Positions 12,767-25,556 of a stretch of 64,000 nt of DNA are shown here, in pieces (the stretch's first letter is position 1; every line of letters starts with the position of its first letter). The notes beneath the pieces were generated by a model that made no database searches, was not told the origin of the DNA, and saw nothing but the letters and a program-made list of their open reading frames with translations. The stretch spans positions 1,178,001 to 1,242,000 of the forward strand of contig JAPETS010000002.1 in assembly GCA_026023565.1 (NCBI GenBank), written 5' to 3'. The DNA comes from Cirrosporium novae-zelandiae. Taxonomy: Eukaryota. The position numbers and the translations under genes are program-made.

Positions 12767-13476
12767 ATGAATCGACTATTTGGTTCCAAAAACACCGTCC
12801 CAAAACCCACACTCGATGGCGCAATATCAAATGTTTGTCCGACTAGTTATTATATTCTATGATACTCTTTTGCTGATATGTACTGATTTCCTACTAGGTA
12901 GACACGCATATCGAGTCCATCGACGTCAAACTATCCAAGCTAAATGCTGAACTGACCACCTACCAACAGCGCATGACCAAAATGCGCGATGGCCCTGGCA
13001 AAACCGCCATCAAACAAAAAGCCCTCAAAATTCTTCAACGGCGCAAGATGTACGAGGGTCAGCGTGAACAACTTCAGCAACAATCCTGGAATATGGAGCA
13101 GGCAGGCATGATGCAAGATAACCTAAAAAACGTCATGACAACGGTGGATGCCATGAAATCAACAAACAAGGCCCTCAAGTCACAATACGGCAAGATCAAT
13201 ATTGACAAGATCGAGCAGATGCAGGACGAGATGGCAGATCTGATGGAAATAGGGAATGAAATCAACGAGAGCATCAGTAGAAGCTACGATGTTCCGGAGG
13301 ATGTGGATGAAGCAGAACTGGATGCAGAGTTGGAAGCACTGGGAGAAGAAGTAGAGCTGGAGAGCCAATTCGGAGTTGGAGAGACCCCAGGGTTCCTTCA
13401 AGATGAAGTAAAGGCGCCCGAATTTATTGATGAACCACCAGAACAGGGTAACAAGGTCAAGGAAGCAGCCGGCTAA
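12767..13476 (+). CDS. VPS60: ESCRT-III Snf7-family protein Vps60/CHMP5
   Basis: Exons 12767-12832 (MNRLFGSK...) and 12898-13476; motifs QSWNMEQA, SRSYDVPEDVDEAELDAELEAL. Confidence 0.93.
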
Positions 13477-13906
13477 TTTATGTAGAGGGGTATTGGATTG
13501 GTGTATTATTAAATACCTAATCTATGAACAGAGCCGAAAATGTGCTATGAACAATAATGAACAGAGCCAAATATGTTCTCTATGAACAACAATAAACAGA
13601 GAAGAGCGGTCTATAGCCGGTTAGCATTGTAACGCCATATAAAAACAGACGGCAATAATCTTATCAATCAATCAGATAAGATAAAACGTCCGTGGTGGTT
13701 GACTTTTGTTTTGTTTTGGTTTCGTAATTTTCGTAATTCATGATTCGTTAGGTTGCGTTTCCATACATTGTCATCGTCCGTAGCATAGTAGTACTTGTAG
13801 CAGTAGTCGTAAACATTTCGCGTTTCGTTAGTTTAAAGCCGTCCGAAGCATAGCCTCCAAAAAATATTAGAACATTTTATACTTTCTATACAGTAGTAAT
13901 CGAACG

Positions 13907-15785
13907 TTATGTCTTACCCATTCCTACCATAACGAGTAAACCAACATTCATCACAGCAAGCAAAATCCAAACAATCACGCCAATCACCACCGTAACCCAA
14001 TGATTTCTCATATTAACGCCTCCTCTAGAAACCCCTTCAACTTCCACAGCTTGCAGGTCGCTAGTTGGCAACCGGTCAGGCGACACGGTCATAATGTGCG
14101 CTCGGCTTGTAAAGTATATGATAGGCGCACTAAGGAATGGAAGCAGAACACTCAAAATAACCTGGCTTGCGTTCAATGCCGCATTGAGCCCAGATCTTCC
14201 AATACTCCCGGCAATTATTATACTAGGAATAATGCTGATACTTCTAGTGATCACTCGTCTTACCCATGGCTTCATTGTCCAGTGGATTGCCCCCTCCATC
14301 AGCATTTGACCAGCGATGGTAGCTACAATTCCTGCTGACATTCCCGAGAACAACAAGGATAGTGCAAATACAGTAGCAGCAATGGGTGAGAGGTACTTTG
14401 CCAAAAGGTGGTAGATTCCGAATAGGTCGGCATCACTGGCATCTGTGTTTGACAATGAGGATCCTGCAACAATAAGGATGGAACTGTTAATAAACAAGGC
14501 AAAGACGAAGAGCTCTAAAGCTAGCTCTACAACTGAGTAGTTCAAGCATGCCCGGATTGCTTGGATCGAAGGCCGATATTTTTCGAAACTGGCAAGATCG
14601 TCACCTTCAAAGTCTGACCTTTGGACATTTCCGGCTGCAATGTCAAACTCTCTGAGGCGAGGTTGAACAAGGCCGCTTCCCAGATAAAGTGAATGCGCCA
14701 TGACAGTCGCTCCAAGAATCCCGCAACTAAGATACAATCTATAAAAGTGGATTGTCAGTTATATCGCTATTAAACCTTTGCAACATAGGGAATGTTTAGA
14801 AGACAAACCCGTTATCCTCGAAGATTGCCTTTGATGGCAGGTAACCTTCAAACACTTCGCCAACCGAAGTATCCTCTATCAACGAAAGTTGAAAACAGAA
14901 ACATATCACAACAGCAACTACTAAGAGAACGACAAAGTATTCGAACATCCTCACTTTTCTCATAGAACCATTAGGATCGTATAGAAGAAGGATTAGCATG
15001 ACATCAACAATAGTCAGGGCACAGCCCCACACCAGGGGAATTTTGATGAGGAGGTTTAGGGATATGGCAGACCCAATAACCTAATTCTGTCAGCTCAATT
15101 GGCATTCTATCATGTCATCAATGGTGCATACCTCAGCCATGTCCGTGGCAACAATGGCAATTTCGGCGAGGCCATAGAGCAAGAGGTTAAGCCAGTTTGG
15201 CAGATGGGCCCTGCAGTTCTCGGCGAGATTCATGCCGGTCACTGTGCCGAGCTTGATGCATAACGTTTGGAGAAATATTGCGATTATATTAGAAAGAAGA
15301 ATTATGAACAAGAGGTGAAATCGAGTCGCTGCTCCTGCCCCAATATCCGTCGCATAGTTCCCTGGATCTATGTAGGCGACAGATATAAGGAAACCAGGTC
15401 CTATGAAACTTCCAAATTTGGCCAACTTTCGACCGCAACGCGCTACAAGTCCTATAATGGTAGAGCCATTGTGAGACGTGGATCCTGACTGCTGCGACGA
15501 TACTGGTTTGATTTTAGTATCCGGTATGCTCTTTTCTTGTTGCTCCGAAGGCATTGGAAGATCTTTTGATGCTTCCTTTGCTGTCTCGGCTTGCATTGGT
15601 ATGTTCTCAGGCTTATGCTCCAAGTCGTCGCTTCTATCCCCTTCTAACCTATGGTTTCTCTGTAATCTGGAATTGGTTATTCCATTCAGATCACTATTCG
15701 TCGTCATGTCACTGGATAGCTGTGAAGGGTTCTGGTTCCAACCCGGGTGGTTTGAAACCTCGTCGACTCTTGAAGGGCAGTTCAT
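13907..15785 (-). CDS. Nramp family divalent metal (Mn/Fe) transporter, SMF1/SMF2-like
   Basis: GPGFLISVAYIDPGNYATD, GATVMAHSLYLGS, TIAGQMLMEG. Exons 15785-15132, 15080-14809, 14738-13907 with consistent phases. Confidence 0.95.
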
Positions 15786-17096
15786 GGCGGCAGAGGGGAA
15801 GAGGAGGAATGGTGAAAACTTGTTCAATTGTTTGATGAGGGACGGCCGAATGGTGTAAGGACTTTAGGACATTGTATAGAAGATAAGATTGTATGCAAAA
15901 TCTGCCAGACTGAGGGGTTTTGAGAAGGATTACCCATGGAATAAATAAGGACATGGACAGATCTAGCAAGTGGTCACGTTCAAAGTTGATAGCAATCGAG
16001 GAATAGAGGGAAGATCAAAATCTCTGTCAGCCCGTGCTTGCGATTTTACCCGACCCGAGGTTATAACAATGGTCGTTTCCTCATTCTTGTCATGATAATG
16101 AAAAACTTTGGAAGAAAGAAAGTCTTAATTTTATTTTTGTTTTTTGCCTTAGGTACAAATGAACGAGGGGATAGATTAGTTAATGTAAACAGAATGTTGG
16201 TTGGTTTACAATTGTCTGGGCACAGTGGGCACAAGTAATTTGACTGGTTCGTATCTAAGTGGTAATGTGTGGGATGATGCAAAAAAGGGAACGAACAGTG
16301 GGACTGGAACGACTGGAATGACTGGAAACGATTGGGGACGATTTGGAAGGACTAAGAACTAAATCAACGGCCCGGTTACCAATGTCGGGTCTGGTTGGTT
16401 CCTTTTTCAAGGATTGCAAAGGAGAGAGAGAGAGGCAGAAAATCATCAACCAGGACCACCCCCCCCTGAAATCAAAAGATGCAAAGAAAAAAAAGGGTGA
16501 CAAAAATTTACTAGGGATCCCTGGGTAGATATCTGTTAGTCTTAACATCATTCTTCAAATCAATGATGTCTTAAGTGATGGTTTATATTTTTTCTTTAAT
16601 TATATAAATAAATATCTGAGACATTTTTGTGTAAATTAATTTCATACATACCTGTACATGTACAGTACAGTACACCCGGGTGGTTTCGTTGATTAGGGAA
16701 GCGGGGCTGACAAGACAAAGCAAGCCATTGTTTACATTATCGATAATTGCGCAGGGCAACTACGTTTAGTAAATTCGACCTCAATTCCGGCCCTTTGGAA
16801 TGTTTAGACCGCTTCATTTTTGAAAAGGAACAAAAAAATGTTTCAATTAATCAGTGTTCTTCCACTTCAACATTTCCAAACATCTTCATCAAAATATTCC
16901 ATTACTAGATGGGGTGCTGCTGAGGTTCAAGCTTACAGTGTAGAAGAGTCTCTCTGATAAACCGCTGTGACTGGCTTCTTTGCCTCGTCGTGTCGTGTGT
17001 ATTCTTCCCTGTTTACAACCAGATTACTGGTCTTATCCTCTTATCACCACCCACATTTTATTTCGCCCTCACGAGTTCTATTGCGACAGAAGAACA

Positions 17097-19793
17097 ATGG
17101 CATTCATGGTCGATTACAATCGTGCTCGAAATAGGTTCGATGCTTTACGGAAACCCTCTGATCCTCAACCATCCTTCGTCGTCTCCAACCAAAGCCAGAA
17201 AGGGGGTGGCCCACACTTGCTGCCAGCCTTCGACTTCCCTAGCCATGATAACTCTCGCAGCTCATCCTATGAGGGTGTTTCATTCTCACCTACCGAATAT
17301 TCATATACCAATGATAGTCAGCCTTTAGGCCAGATCCATGAGAATAGGCAGCGAGAGAAACGCCATGCACGAAAAAATACCGACGTTGATCAAGAGGTGG
17401 GGTCCAAACGTGGTCTCCATAAAAAGACTAAGAGCACTATTTCTCTAAAGTCAATTTTCAAGGACAAGGACGAGCCCACCCCGGTTAATAACTCCAAGCA
17501 CAACAAGACTCGGCCAAAGAAGACCAAGTCGACCACGAATTTGTCAATTTTTTTGCCTAGATCTATGAAGGAGAAGAAGCATGACAGGGAACCTGTAGCC
17601 AAGGACAAGGAGAACCAGACTCCACCAGCCTCGGCCGGGCCTGTTGAGACATCATTCTGGCACGAGCTGGCGACACCGGCGTCAGCCAGGACCCGCAGTT
17701 CGAGGAGGATTACGTTAAATGATCAGAGAACTATCGAGGAAGAGATTGCTCTTTATACACCTAAAAACTACTCACCATCTAAACAACGGGACTTTTTTGA
17801 ATACGGTCCGCCATCTCTCTCTCGTCCAGAGGAAACAAGACATAGACCCAAGCCGGAACACAACCTTATCTCATCAAGCTCCTTCATTGACACTCTATCG
17901 GGGTTGCGTAGACATGGATATGACCCATCACGTCAGACCTCGACACGGAAGACTCCTTCCCAAGCCGATAGACTGTATTGCCGTGAAGAAACAAGATCTG
18001 TGTCTGGAAGTTCGTACTCGAGCCAAGGAAGCCGCATGAACCGGAGGACGGTTAGAGAGACTCCGGATCAACCACTGGTAGTTTCTAAGCGTGGTTCGCG
18101 AGTCAAGGCCGCTGTGGCAGCATTTAGCAGCAAAATGAAAGAGCATACTACAGCGCCAAGTACTCCCGTAGACTCAAAGGCTATTGAGACTGCATTTGAG
18201 GCCTTGCTAGTATGTCACCCTACCATTGTTACGTTGTGCAAAAGCTAATAACCTTACTTTTAGGATGCAAGAAACATCCCCGCTAATATTGCCGAAAAGA
18301 TGAGATCAGTAGATCCCAATATCAAGGAAAATTTTATCAAGCAAAATAGGGTTAAGAGCATATCTGCATCTACCAATCCAACTCCTCGCCCGGTTCCTGG
18401 AAAAGAAACCCATAACGGACGAAAAGATATAGAAGTATCCAATTCAACCTCAAAGTCGTCAAGAAGCCGTAGCAAAACATTTTCATTTCCGAAAATGGAA
18501 AAAAGTCCAGTAAAGAAAGGAAAGTCGGGAGGCCATAACCGCGGCAAATCCGTTGACCTACCCCAGTCCGGCTCATCAAGGTCTCTTGCGTCTGCAATGG
18601 CCCACCGGGCAGCAAGTTTCACGGGGAGATCTGCAAAGCTATCAGCCCCAGAAGATTTTATCCAGTATCTTAAGAAGGAGCAGAAGCCCGAAATAGTTGA
18701 AGTAGGCAAGCTGCATAAACTTAGACTCCTGTTGAGAAATGAAACGGTCGAATGGGTGGATGCGTTCTTGAGACTAGGAGGGATGGCTGAAGTAGTTGGG
18801 TTGCTTCATCGGATTATGCAGGTGGAGTGGCGGTAAGAGATCTAGAAACGCGGTCGGATCAAAACATGGCTAATTGGACGCAGAGAGGACCACGAAGACC
18901 AGCTTCTCCACGAAACATTGCTCTGCCTCAAAGCAATGTGTACTACCGATGTCGCCTTGAAGAAGTTGACATCGATCGAGTCCACGCTATTCCCTGCTCT
19001 TCTTCACATGCTCTTTGACGAGGAGAAAAAAGGACCTAGCGAATTCACCACACGCACTATTATTATTAACCTCCTCTTCATGCACCTTGAAGCTGCATCG
19101 ACGTCTTGCCTTGCTTCTCGTGCTGAAACTATTTTGTCCTATCTTCATGATCCATCCTTGCCAGAGGAGTCGAAGCCACTTGATTTTATGGCAGAGATCT
19201 ATCAACCTCGACCTTATCGAGTCTGGTGTAAGGAAATTGTTAATGTTACTAAAGAGGTGTTTTGGATCTTCCTTCATCACCTCAATGTAGTTCCAGTGGT
19301 GCCGCCCCCCGAGCCATCTTGTGGATCCCAACGTCCACGATATGCTCGGGCACACTTTCCTCGAGAGAGGCCTCCTGTTCCGGCAGCCCCTTATGTCGGT
19401 GGTGTCGAGTGGGATGCTACCAACTATCTTGCTGCACACCTCGACCTTCTCAACGGCCTCATCGCTTGCCTACCTTCAGCTGAGCAGCGTAATGCCCTAC
19501 GCGCAGAACTCAGGGCATCTGGATTCGAAAAATGCATGGGCGGAAGCCTAAGGACATGCAAAGAAAAATTCTATAGTGCGGTGCACGATGGCCTGAAGAC
19601 ATGGGTCGCAGCCGCGGATGAAGATGGTTGGGATGTTTTGCTGGTAAGAAATGGGCCACCCAAGGAGCAAATGTCTCCAAAGAAGAGCCCAAAGAAGAGG
19701 AAGATGGAAGAAGCACCCAAGCTAGATATGCCGAAGCTGGACTTGGGGGTACCTGTGGGAGCATTGCCAAAACTAGATGACGGTTGGTTGTGA
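17097..19793 (+). CDS. Protein with a formin-like Rho-GTPase-binding (GBD/armadillo) region but no FH1/FH2
   Basis: Exons 17097-18209, 18264-18832, 18884-19793. FEALLDARNIP..IAEKMRS, KLHKLRLLLRNETVEWVDAF...GG and LLCLKAMCTT resemble the Drf_GBD region of formins. The start codon is uncertain. Confidence 0.72.
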
Positions 19794-20992
19794 AAATGAA
19801 GTATGTGAACTTATACAAGATTGGGAGTTAATGGGCCGAGGGTTGCATATTTATGACGCTGTCGTCCCTTTTGTGCTGGGTTGACGCAGATGGTGCAAAA
19901 GAACATTTTTTTGATGAATTGACTATTGACCTGCATTGGTACTATTAGGAAACTGGCTTGATTGAGTTGAGAGGATTGGAAAGTCTCGGGGAGCTTCTAA
20001 TGATTTTTGGCGTTCTCTTGTTGGGTTAGGGACATGTTGCTTTTTTTTGTTTCCTTGCCACACTCGTTTGATGCATTTTCCTTTGGGCTTAATGATGATG
20101 TACATGACGTGAATGAATGAAATTGAGATTCCGAATTCAATTACACACAGTACAGCAGCACACTCTTGTATCGAAAAGAAAAGAAACTAAATACCTAGGT
20201 AGATCATATAAAAGTCTACTCGAATAATGTGATTGTTTCGAACACTATTTTGCTTAGTCCAAGGTATCCCAACAATAGTTGTTTACCTTAAGGTAGCCAG
20301 TTTCACGACAAGGCTTGCAAAGGAAACATGTCGATATCTAAGTCGATAAGTCGATACAGACTCTGTTCTAATGGGTTGCTTAATGCAATTTAGCGTAAAA
20401 GATTTATCGACGGTCTGGTTCGGCCCGATGGTTTTGGCTTGCCCTCTTGGTGCCTTGGGGCCTTGGGGCCTAGCAGCCTAGGAGCCTTGGGGTGAATGCT
20501 TGGGTTGTCCATAGCTAAAAAAGTGGTAGCCTTGAATCCTACCTGCTATCTTTGAAATTTACTTTCAGTTAAAAAGTCTTATCGCGCAATCTACTAGTAT
20601 ATCTTCCCAGGGACAGTAGAGATGTGAAACCTGTTCGTATGTGGTGGTGCTTCAATCTCTTTGTAACCATCGATTCCAGTCAATCCCTGTCAACCAACAG
20701 CGATAACTATGGTCCCAGGTGTTGCCGGAAGGATCACCGCAGCGGAGGTAAGCAGAGACCGATGTGTTGCTCTGAGCTTTCGGGGTTTCAGAAACCCAAC
20801 GATTTCTATTGTCTTTTTGAACTGAATTCTGTTCGACTGATTATTCCTGTATATAGATTGCCTGAGACTTATATCGATTCCAAGAAGCTATTGCGTTGCA
20901 GCCGACTCACCAGTTATAACCATCGTCAAATCGAGGGCGTCCGAATCAAATACATGAACCGATGACGCGGCAGAGTTCTGAAGCAAACTATC

Positions 20993-23900
20993 ATGGCTCC
21001 ATCTGCGATGTTTTCACGACTTCATGGCAAGCGTGGCCAGCATAAGAAAGGAAGTCCTTCCATCAAACCTACTTCACCGGAGGCTACGTCACCAGCCTAT
21101 TCTTTCTCTGGCAGCCAAGCAAGCCCGCGAATAATCGACAGCGCAAGTCTTCATTCAAATTCCCCCATCTCCCCTCTTCCCCCCGTCCTCCCGCCTATCC
21201 AAGCCGTATACTCTCGAAATGTCACAGAAGAAAGGAGGAGGATTGGGCCGGCTGAGAGCATGTCACCATCGACTTCCTCAGCCAGCGCAAGCATATCTCC
21301 GTCCGCTCTTCCAGACAGCCCAGCCTTGCGAAATGCTTCATTTGTCACCACCGTCCCCTTAGATGGGACGAGGGCGGATAGTCCAGTGGCTAATCGTCTT
21401 CCCACACCAAACGAGAAAGAAAGGCGTGCCACTCTTTCCTATATTCGTCCATCGTCTAGTGGTCCCAAACCGACGCAGCCTGCCCAATCAGCGGATCAAA
21501 CAAACCCCTCCCATCCGTCACGACATTCCCAGATTTTTCATGGCTTACATACAAAGGCTGGCAAAGGAAGACTAACTCTACTGAATCCCATGTCCTTGCT
21601 AGCACGACGGCGGTCATCACAAGTTCTTGCGCAAAAGGCCTCGGAGGGACATCTAAAAATGTTGTCATTACCTGGAATGGCATTACCAGATGATTTTGAT
21701 CCAAGAATTCGAGGCAAAGTAGTTCACGACTTCAGCGCGCCGCGTCCGAGGAGATATTATTCATCCAATGATGCTACTCTACTTTCGCAAGATGTTCAGA
21801 ATCTGAGGGATGCTGAAATATTGAATACCTTGGTTGAAAACGACCCGCTAAGTGCAAATGGTCGACCGAGCTCTCCCAATGGTGCTGAGAAAAGGCACAG
21901 CGAGAAAGAGCACACTCCTGTTTTCAAGGAACACTTTGGAGACGAGGTTAAACCGTGGCGGGAAGAAAGCAGAGACTCAATTGGAACAGGCCCTTCTCCT
22001 TCAAGCCCTGCATGGGCCAGTTCATTTACCACTTCAATGGCCCCGCCTGACCGAGAAGCTCCGCCTTTACCACCTTTTGCAAGGAACTTGCCTCATGATT
22101 TTTCGCTATCTGGATCTGGATTGGGGACCCCACCCCAAGCACCCCAAATACCCCAAGTGCCTCAAATGCCCCAAGTCCCCCAGGTACCACCAGCATTACA
22201 AGCACCACAGACAACCCAAACAACCCAAACAACCCAAACAGCTGCTCCCTCAAAACCACCCCTGGCAGTTGTACCCGAGACAGAAGTTGCACAACCCTTG
22301 CCAAAAGATTCAGATGATTCTCCCCCATCACCGGCCTCGCCGCAAAAATCGAGGTCAAGAGGTTCTTCCCTTGTAGACCAATCATTGGCTAGTTCCTCGT
22401 TGCCCAAACATCTAACGAGCAATGCATCCCGATTCAGCTTCGATCTGGCAGGTCTTGGATCTGCCGCAGAAGAAAGACTCTTGGAGGAAAAGCATAAGCA
22501 AAAGGAGGCGGCTAGACGAGAAAAAGCAGCTCATACCCCGGAACTTCGATTTAGGCATTCACTTTCTGACTACGGAGAAGAAGATGACCTCGATCCTGAT
22601 GACTTCCTCGACGATGGGCTTGAAGAACCAATTCCTGAAGTTAGCGCAGATGCAGACTATGAGACACAGGTGCCCGTCTTAGATCGTAACATGAACTCCT
22701 TCCATTTTGGACCTAATTTGGCGCCTCAAAGCCCTCTCAGTAGTCATCCTATAGACCCGTCCGCAACTACGATAAACTTTACTATTCCAGGACAACTACA
22801 AGATTTCCAAGCCAGTGATACAATGTATGGAACGTTTGGTAACAATGGGGCCGAAGAGGAGGTAGGTCTCACTGACAACGAGCCTACTATTTTTGCTCCC
22901 TCCAATGACATTCAACAACCTCCAATGGTCAATGAAGTGTACAATTTTCACGAGACTGGTCAAAACAATGTGAAAAGCTCTTTAGATGACGATGACGACC
23001 TTTACTTTGATGATGGCCTCATTGGGGACCAAGGGGGTCTCGGCGATTCTCAGTTTGATGAGTCGATATTTGATGATGATGGAGGTTTCAAACAAATGCG
23101 TAGTCTAGGGACTACTTTGAATGATCAAAATGGTGTTTCTGAACTACCACAAACCACTTCGAAAGATGCAGATACCTCCGAAAAGGCAGTTTCTTTCAAA
23201 GACGAAACAATTATCATACCAAGCACTATGAATGATGACTCTAGCTTCATGGCTCCACAACCTTCAGTGGCCCAGAAAGCTGCGGGTCCGACACCTATTC
23301 CCTCAGCAGATAACCTCAATGCATATCATGACGCGCTAGCTGCAGCCGCTGCCCAAGCTGCGGCTAATGGGAGGTTTGATCGTCGTTATAGTCAGAGTGA
23401 TGGTTCCGAGGATACTGAAAATCAGTTTGATATGGATTCACACCCAAGCCTTATTGCAGATGACAGCCGGACTAGTCAAGACACGGATATGTATACACCT
23501 CTAGGATTTGACGGGGATGCAGATGATATATCTGACGACTTCATGGACGACTCGATTATCGAGGCAGCTAATGCCGAGGCGTTGGAGAATGATGATGAAG
23601 GATTCTACGGCCAAGAATTTGGATTCTACGCGCAAGCGTCTGGAGAACGTGGAGCTGAGTATGTCAATGGTGGCTACTTTTGCCCCAAAGGCGCCGATGG
23701 GGTGCGACGAAGTCACAGTGGTCGAGCCAATTTCCAAGAGCCAAGTTTGACGCCAATTACTGAACGCAGTGAATGGAGCAATCGCGACTCCATGATCTCG
23801 TTGTCAATGTTGAGTGCTCCTTGTTCAGCACAGGCATTGCCTAGCCCTAGTCTAGCTCAGCTCACAACAGATCAAGCGTTGGATGAAGATGATATGACAC

Positions 23901-24424
23901 TCAGCCAGCTTATTAGGCTGCGCAAAAGTACTTGGGGCAACCAGACAGGCAGTCTGCCCAGTTCTCCCGGGGGGCAAATTAACAGTTTGCCTCTAATGCC
24001 ATTCCCCGGGGCAGGAGCTTCGCCAACATCTATTGGATATGCATCAGACTCACAAGTGACGTTACCGAGCCGGTTTGATGGTCCTCAGCCTCGAAAAGGG
24101 ACCAAGATGGGAATATATGATAGGGACTCTTCATCCGAACCCAGTCTGACGTTGGAAACACAACGGCCTCTTAGTGAACCTCAACTACAGAGGCAAAGAA
24201 GCAATAGTTCAGAGTACTCGATTCCTGGAGCTACGGGTAAAAGTGGGACACATTCACAAGGACATAGTCGGAATAGCAGTGGGGCCGACAGTATTAGCGT
24301 CAGCTACATCAAAGAAAAGGACGTGGATGGATTGGAGCGGTGGGTGTTGGAAAGACGGAGAACAGCAGAAAGCGGAGAGGTGGAAATCGTGGGGAGACAG
24401 GTCTTGGCGGAAGGCCGGATCTAA
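20993..24424 (+). CDS. Conserved fungal hypothetical protein, 1143 aa, disordered with acidic central region
   Basis: Single 1143-codon ORF with conserved-looking islands (LLNPMSLLARRRSSQ, DFDPRIRGKVVHDFSAPRPRR, IIEAANAEALENDDEGFYGQEFGFY, EPSLTPITERSEWSNR, WVLERRRTAESGEVEIVGR) and PQ/TQT repeats at ~22130-22240. Confidence 0.85.
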   Translation: MAPSAMFSRLHGKRGQHKKGSPSIKPTSPEATSPAYSFSGSQASPRIIDSASLHSNSPISPLPPVLPPIQAVYSRNVTEERRRIGPAESMSPSTSSASASISPSALPDSPALRNASFVTTVPLDGTRADSPVANRLPTPNEKERRATLSYIRPSSSGPKPTQPAQSADQTNPSHPSRHSQIFHGLHTKAGKGRLTLLNPMSLLARRRSSQVLAQKASEGHLKMLSLPGMALPDDFDPRIRGKVVHDFSAPRPRRYYSSNDATLLSQDVQNLRDAEILNTLVENDPLSANGRPSSPNGAEKRHSEKEHTPVFKEHFGDEVKPWREESRDSIGTGPSPSSPAWASSFTTSMAPPDREAPPLPPFARNLPHDFSLSGSGLGTPPQAPQIPQVPQMPQVPQVPPALQAPQTTQTTQTTQTAAPSKPPLAVVPETEVAQPLPKDSDDSPPSPASPQKSRSRGSSLVDQSLASSSLPKHLTSNASRFSFDLAGLGSAAEERLLEEKHKQKEAARREKAAHTPELRFRHSLSDYGEEDDLDPDDFLDDGLEEPIPEVSADADYETQVPVLDRNMNSFHFGPNLAPQSPLSSHPIDPSATTINFTIPGQLQDFQASDTMYGTFGNNGAEEEVGLTDNEPTIFAPSNDIQQPPMVNEVYNFHETGQNNVKSSLDDDDDLYFDDGLIGDQGGLGDSQFDESIFDDDGGFKQMRSLGTTLNDQNGVSELPQTTSKDADTSEKAVSFKDETIIIPSTMNDDSSFMAPQPSVAQKAAGPTPIPSADNLNAYHDALAAAAAQAAANGRFDRRYSQSDGSEDTENQFDMDSHPSLIADDSRTSQDTDMYTPLGFDGDADDISDDFMDDSIIEAANAEALENDDEGFYGQEFGFYAQASGERGAEYVNGGYFCPKGADGVRRSHSGRANFQEPSLTPITERSEWSNRDSMISLSMLSAPCSAQALPSPSLAQLTTDQALDEDDMTLSQLIRLRKSTWGNQTGSLPSSPGGQINSLPLMPFPGAGASPTSIGYASDSQVTLPSRFDGPQPRKGTKMGIYDRDSSSEPSLTLETQRPLSEPQLQRQRSNSSEYSIPGATGKSGTHSQGHSRNSSGADSISVSYIKEKDVDGLERWVLERRRTAESGEVEIVGRQVLAEGRI

Positions 24425-25556
24425 ATAATGGGTAACGAAAGCTGTATAGCAAAGGCCATGGTAATGATGGTGGTGACGACTGGATGACTTGGACTTTTTT
24501 TTACTTGAAGGGATGGCCTTTTCTCTTCTTTTTTTATTCCTCTGCATTACCACTTTTCGGCATGATACCCTACAGAAAACAGAAAACATTTTTTGGTTGG
24601 ACAGTGTTTGTGTTTTTAGTTTTTTGGCATGCGGCATTTTGAGGGTATCCAAGGGTATTCAAGAGCAAGCTGACCGGTGAGAGTATGATTACCTGACGGA
24701 TCAGGTGTGAAGTCATGTCCACCCACCCTCTCTCCTTTATTGTGACCTTGGATACACTATTATTATCATTGAATGACAATTATATAGTTGACTCCTATAT
24801 TTTCTCCGTGAATAATAATAATAATAATGATAATATTATTACTATGTGTACTTGTACCACATAACATACCCTAGTACTCAGTAGTATTCATCACGATCAA
24901 TCCCCCACAACCGGAATCTTCGTACCGAAGCGGACCGAAGAGATGGCGAGTTGGATGTGTCAGAGAAATAGACCAAGAACCGGAAGATGGAAGATCAAAT
25001 ACTCCGATCCAATGATGGATCACGGGATGACAAGCAGGAGGTAACCTTAGTGGAAGCTGGGGAAAGCTAAGTTGGTATGAATGACTGATTGACAATGAAT
25101 GACCAGAAAGGGTAACGGGGCTTTACCGAGATAGGTCTAGGGAGGTCGGATCTAGATTTCTTCCGGCCTTGTAATCAAGGTTTCCCTGTTTTTTTATCCT
25201 TTTTATCCTTTTTACCCTTTTTGTCTAATTACCTGAAGGTCCTGAGGTACCAAAGGAATGACGTTCTGACGTTTTGCGCCCACAGACAGGTCTCTCTCAC
25301 AAATCTCACAGGTCTCACAGGCCCTTTCCCCCCCCCTCCCCCCCCCCCAAAACCAAAACCAAAACCAAAAACCTTAATTCGCGCATTTGTCTTCGGCCTC
25401 ACCGCGGCGGGTACGGAACTAAAACACCCTTTGCCAAAAAGCCCTCAAAGCCTCAATTATTCCAAATCTTCTTTTACATCTCTAGTTCTGAATGCTTTCC
25501 AACTTCAATCAATATTCTCTCCACTCACTTCTTTTTCACTTATCCTCTAAATCACC

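Noticed and set aside
20441..20492. Repeated CCTTGGGG as PacC or CreA sites
   Set aside because: Does not match GCCARG or SYGGRG; treated as a short tandem repeat.
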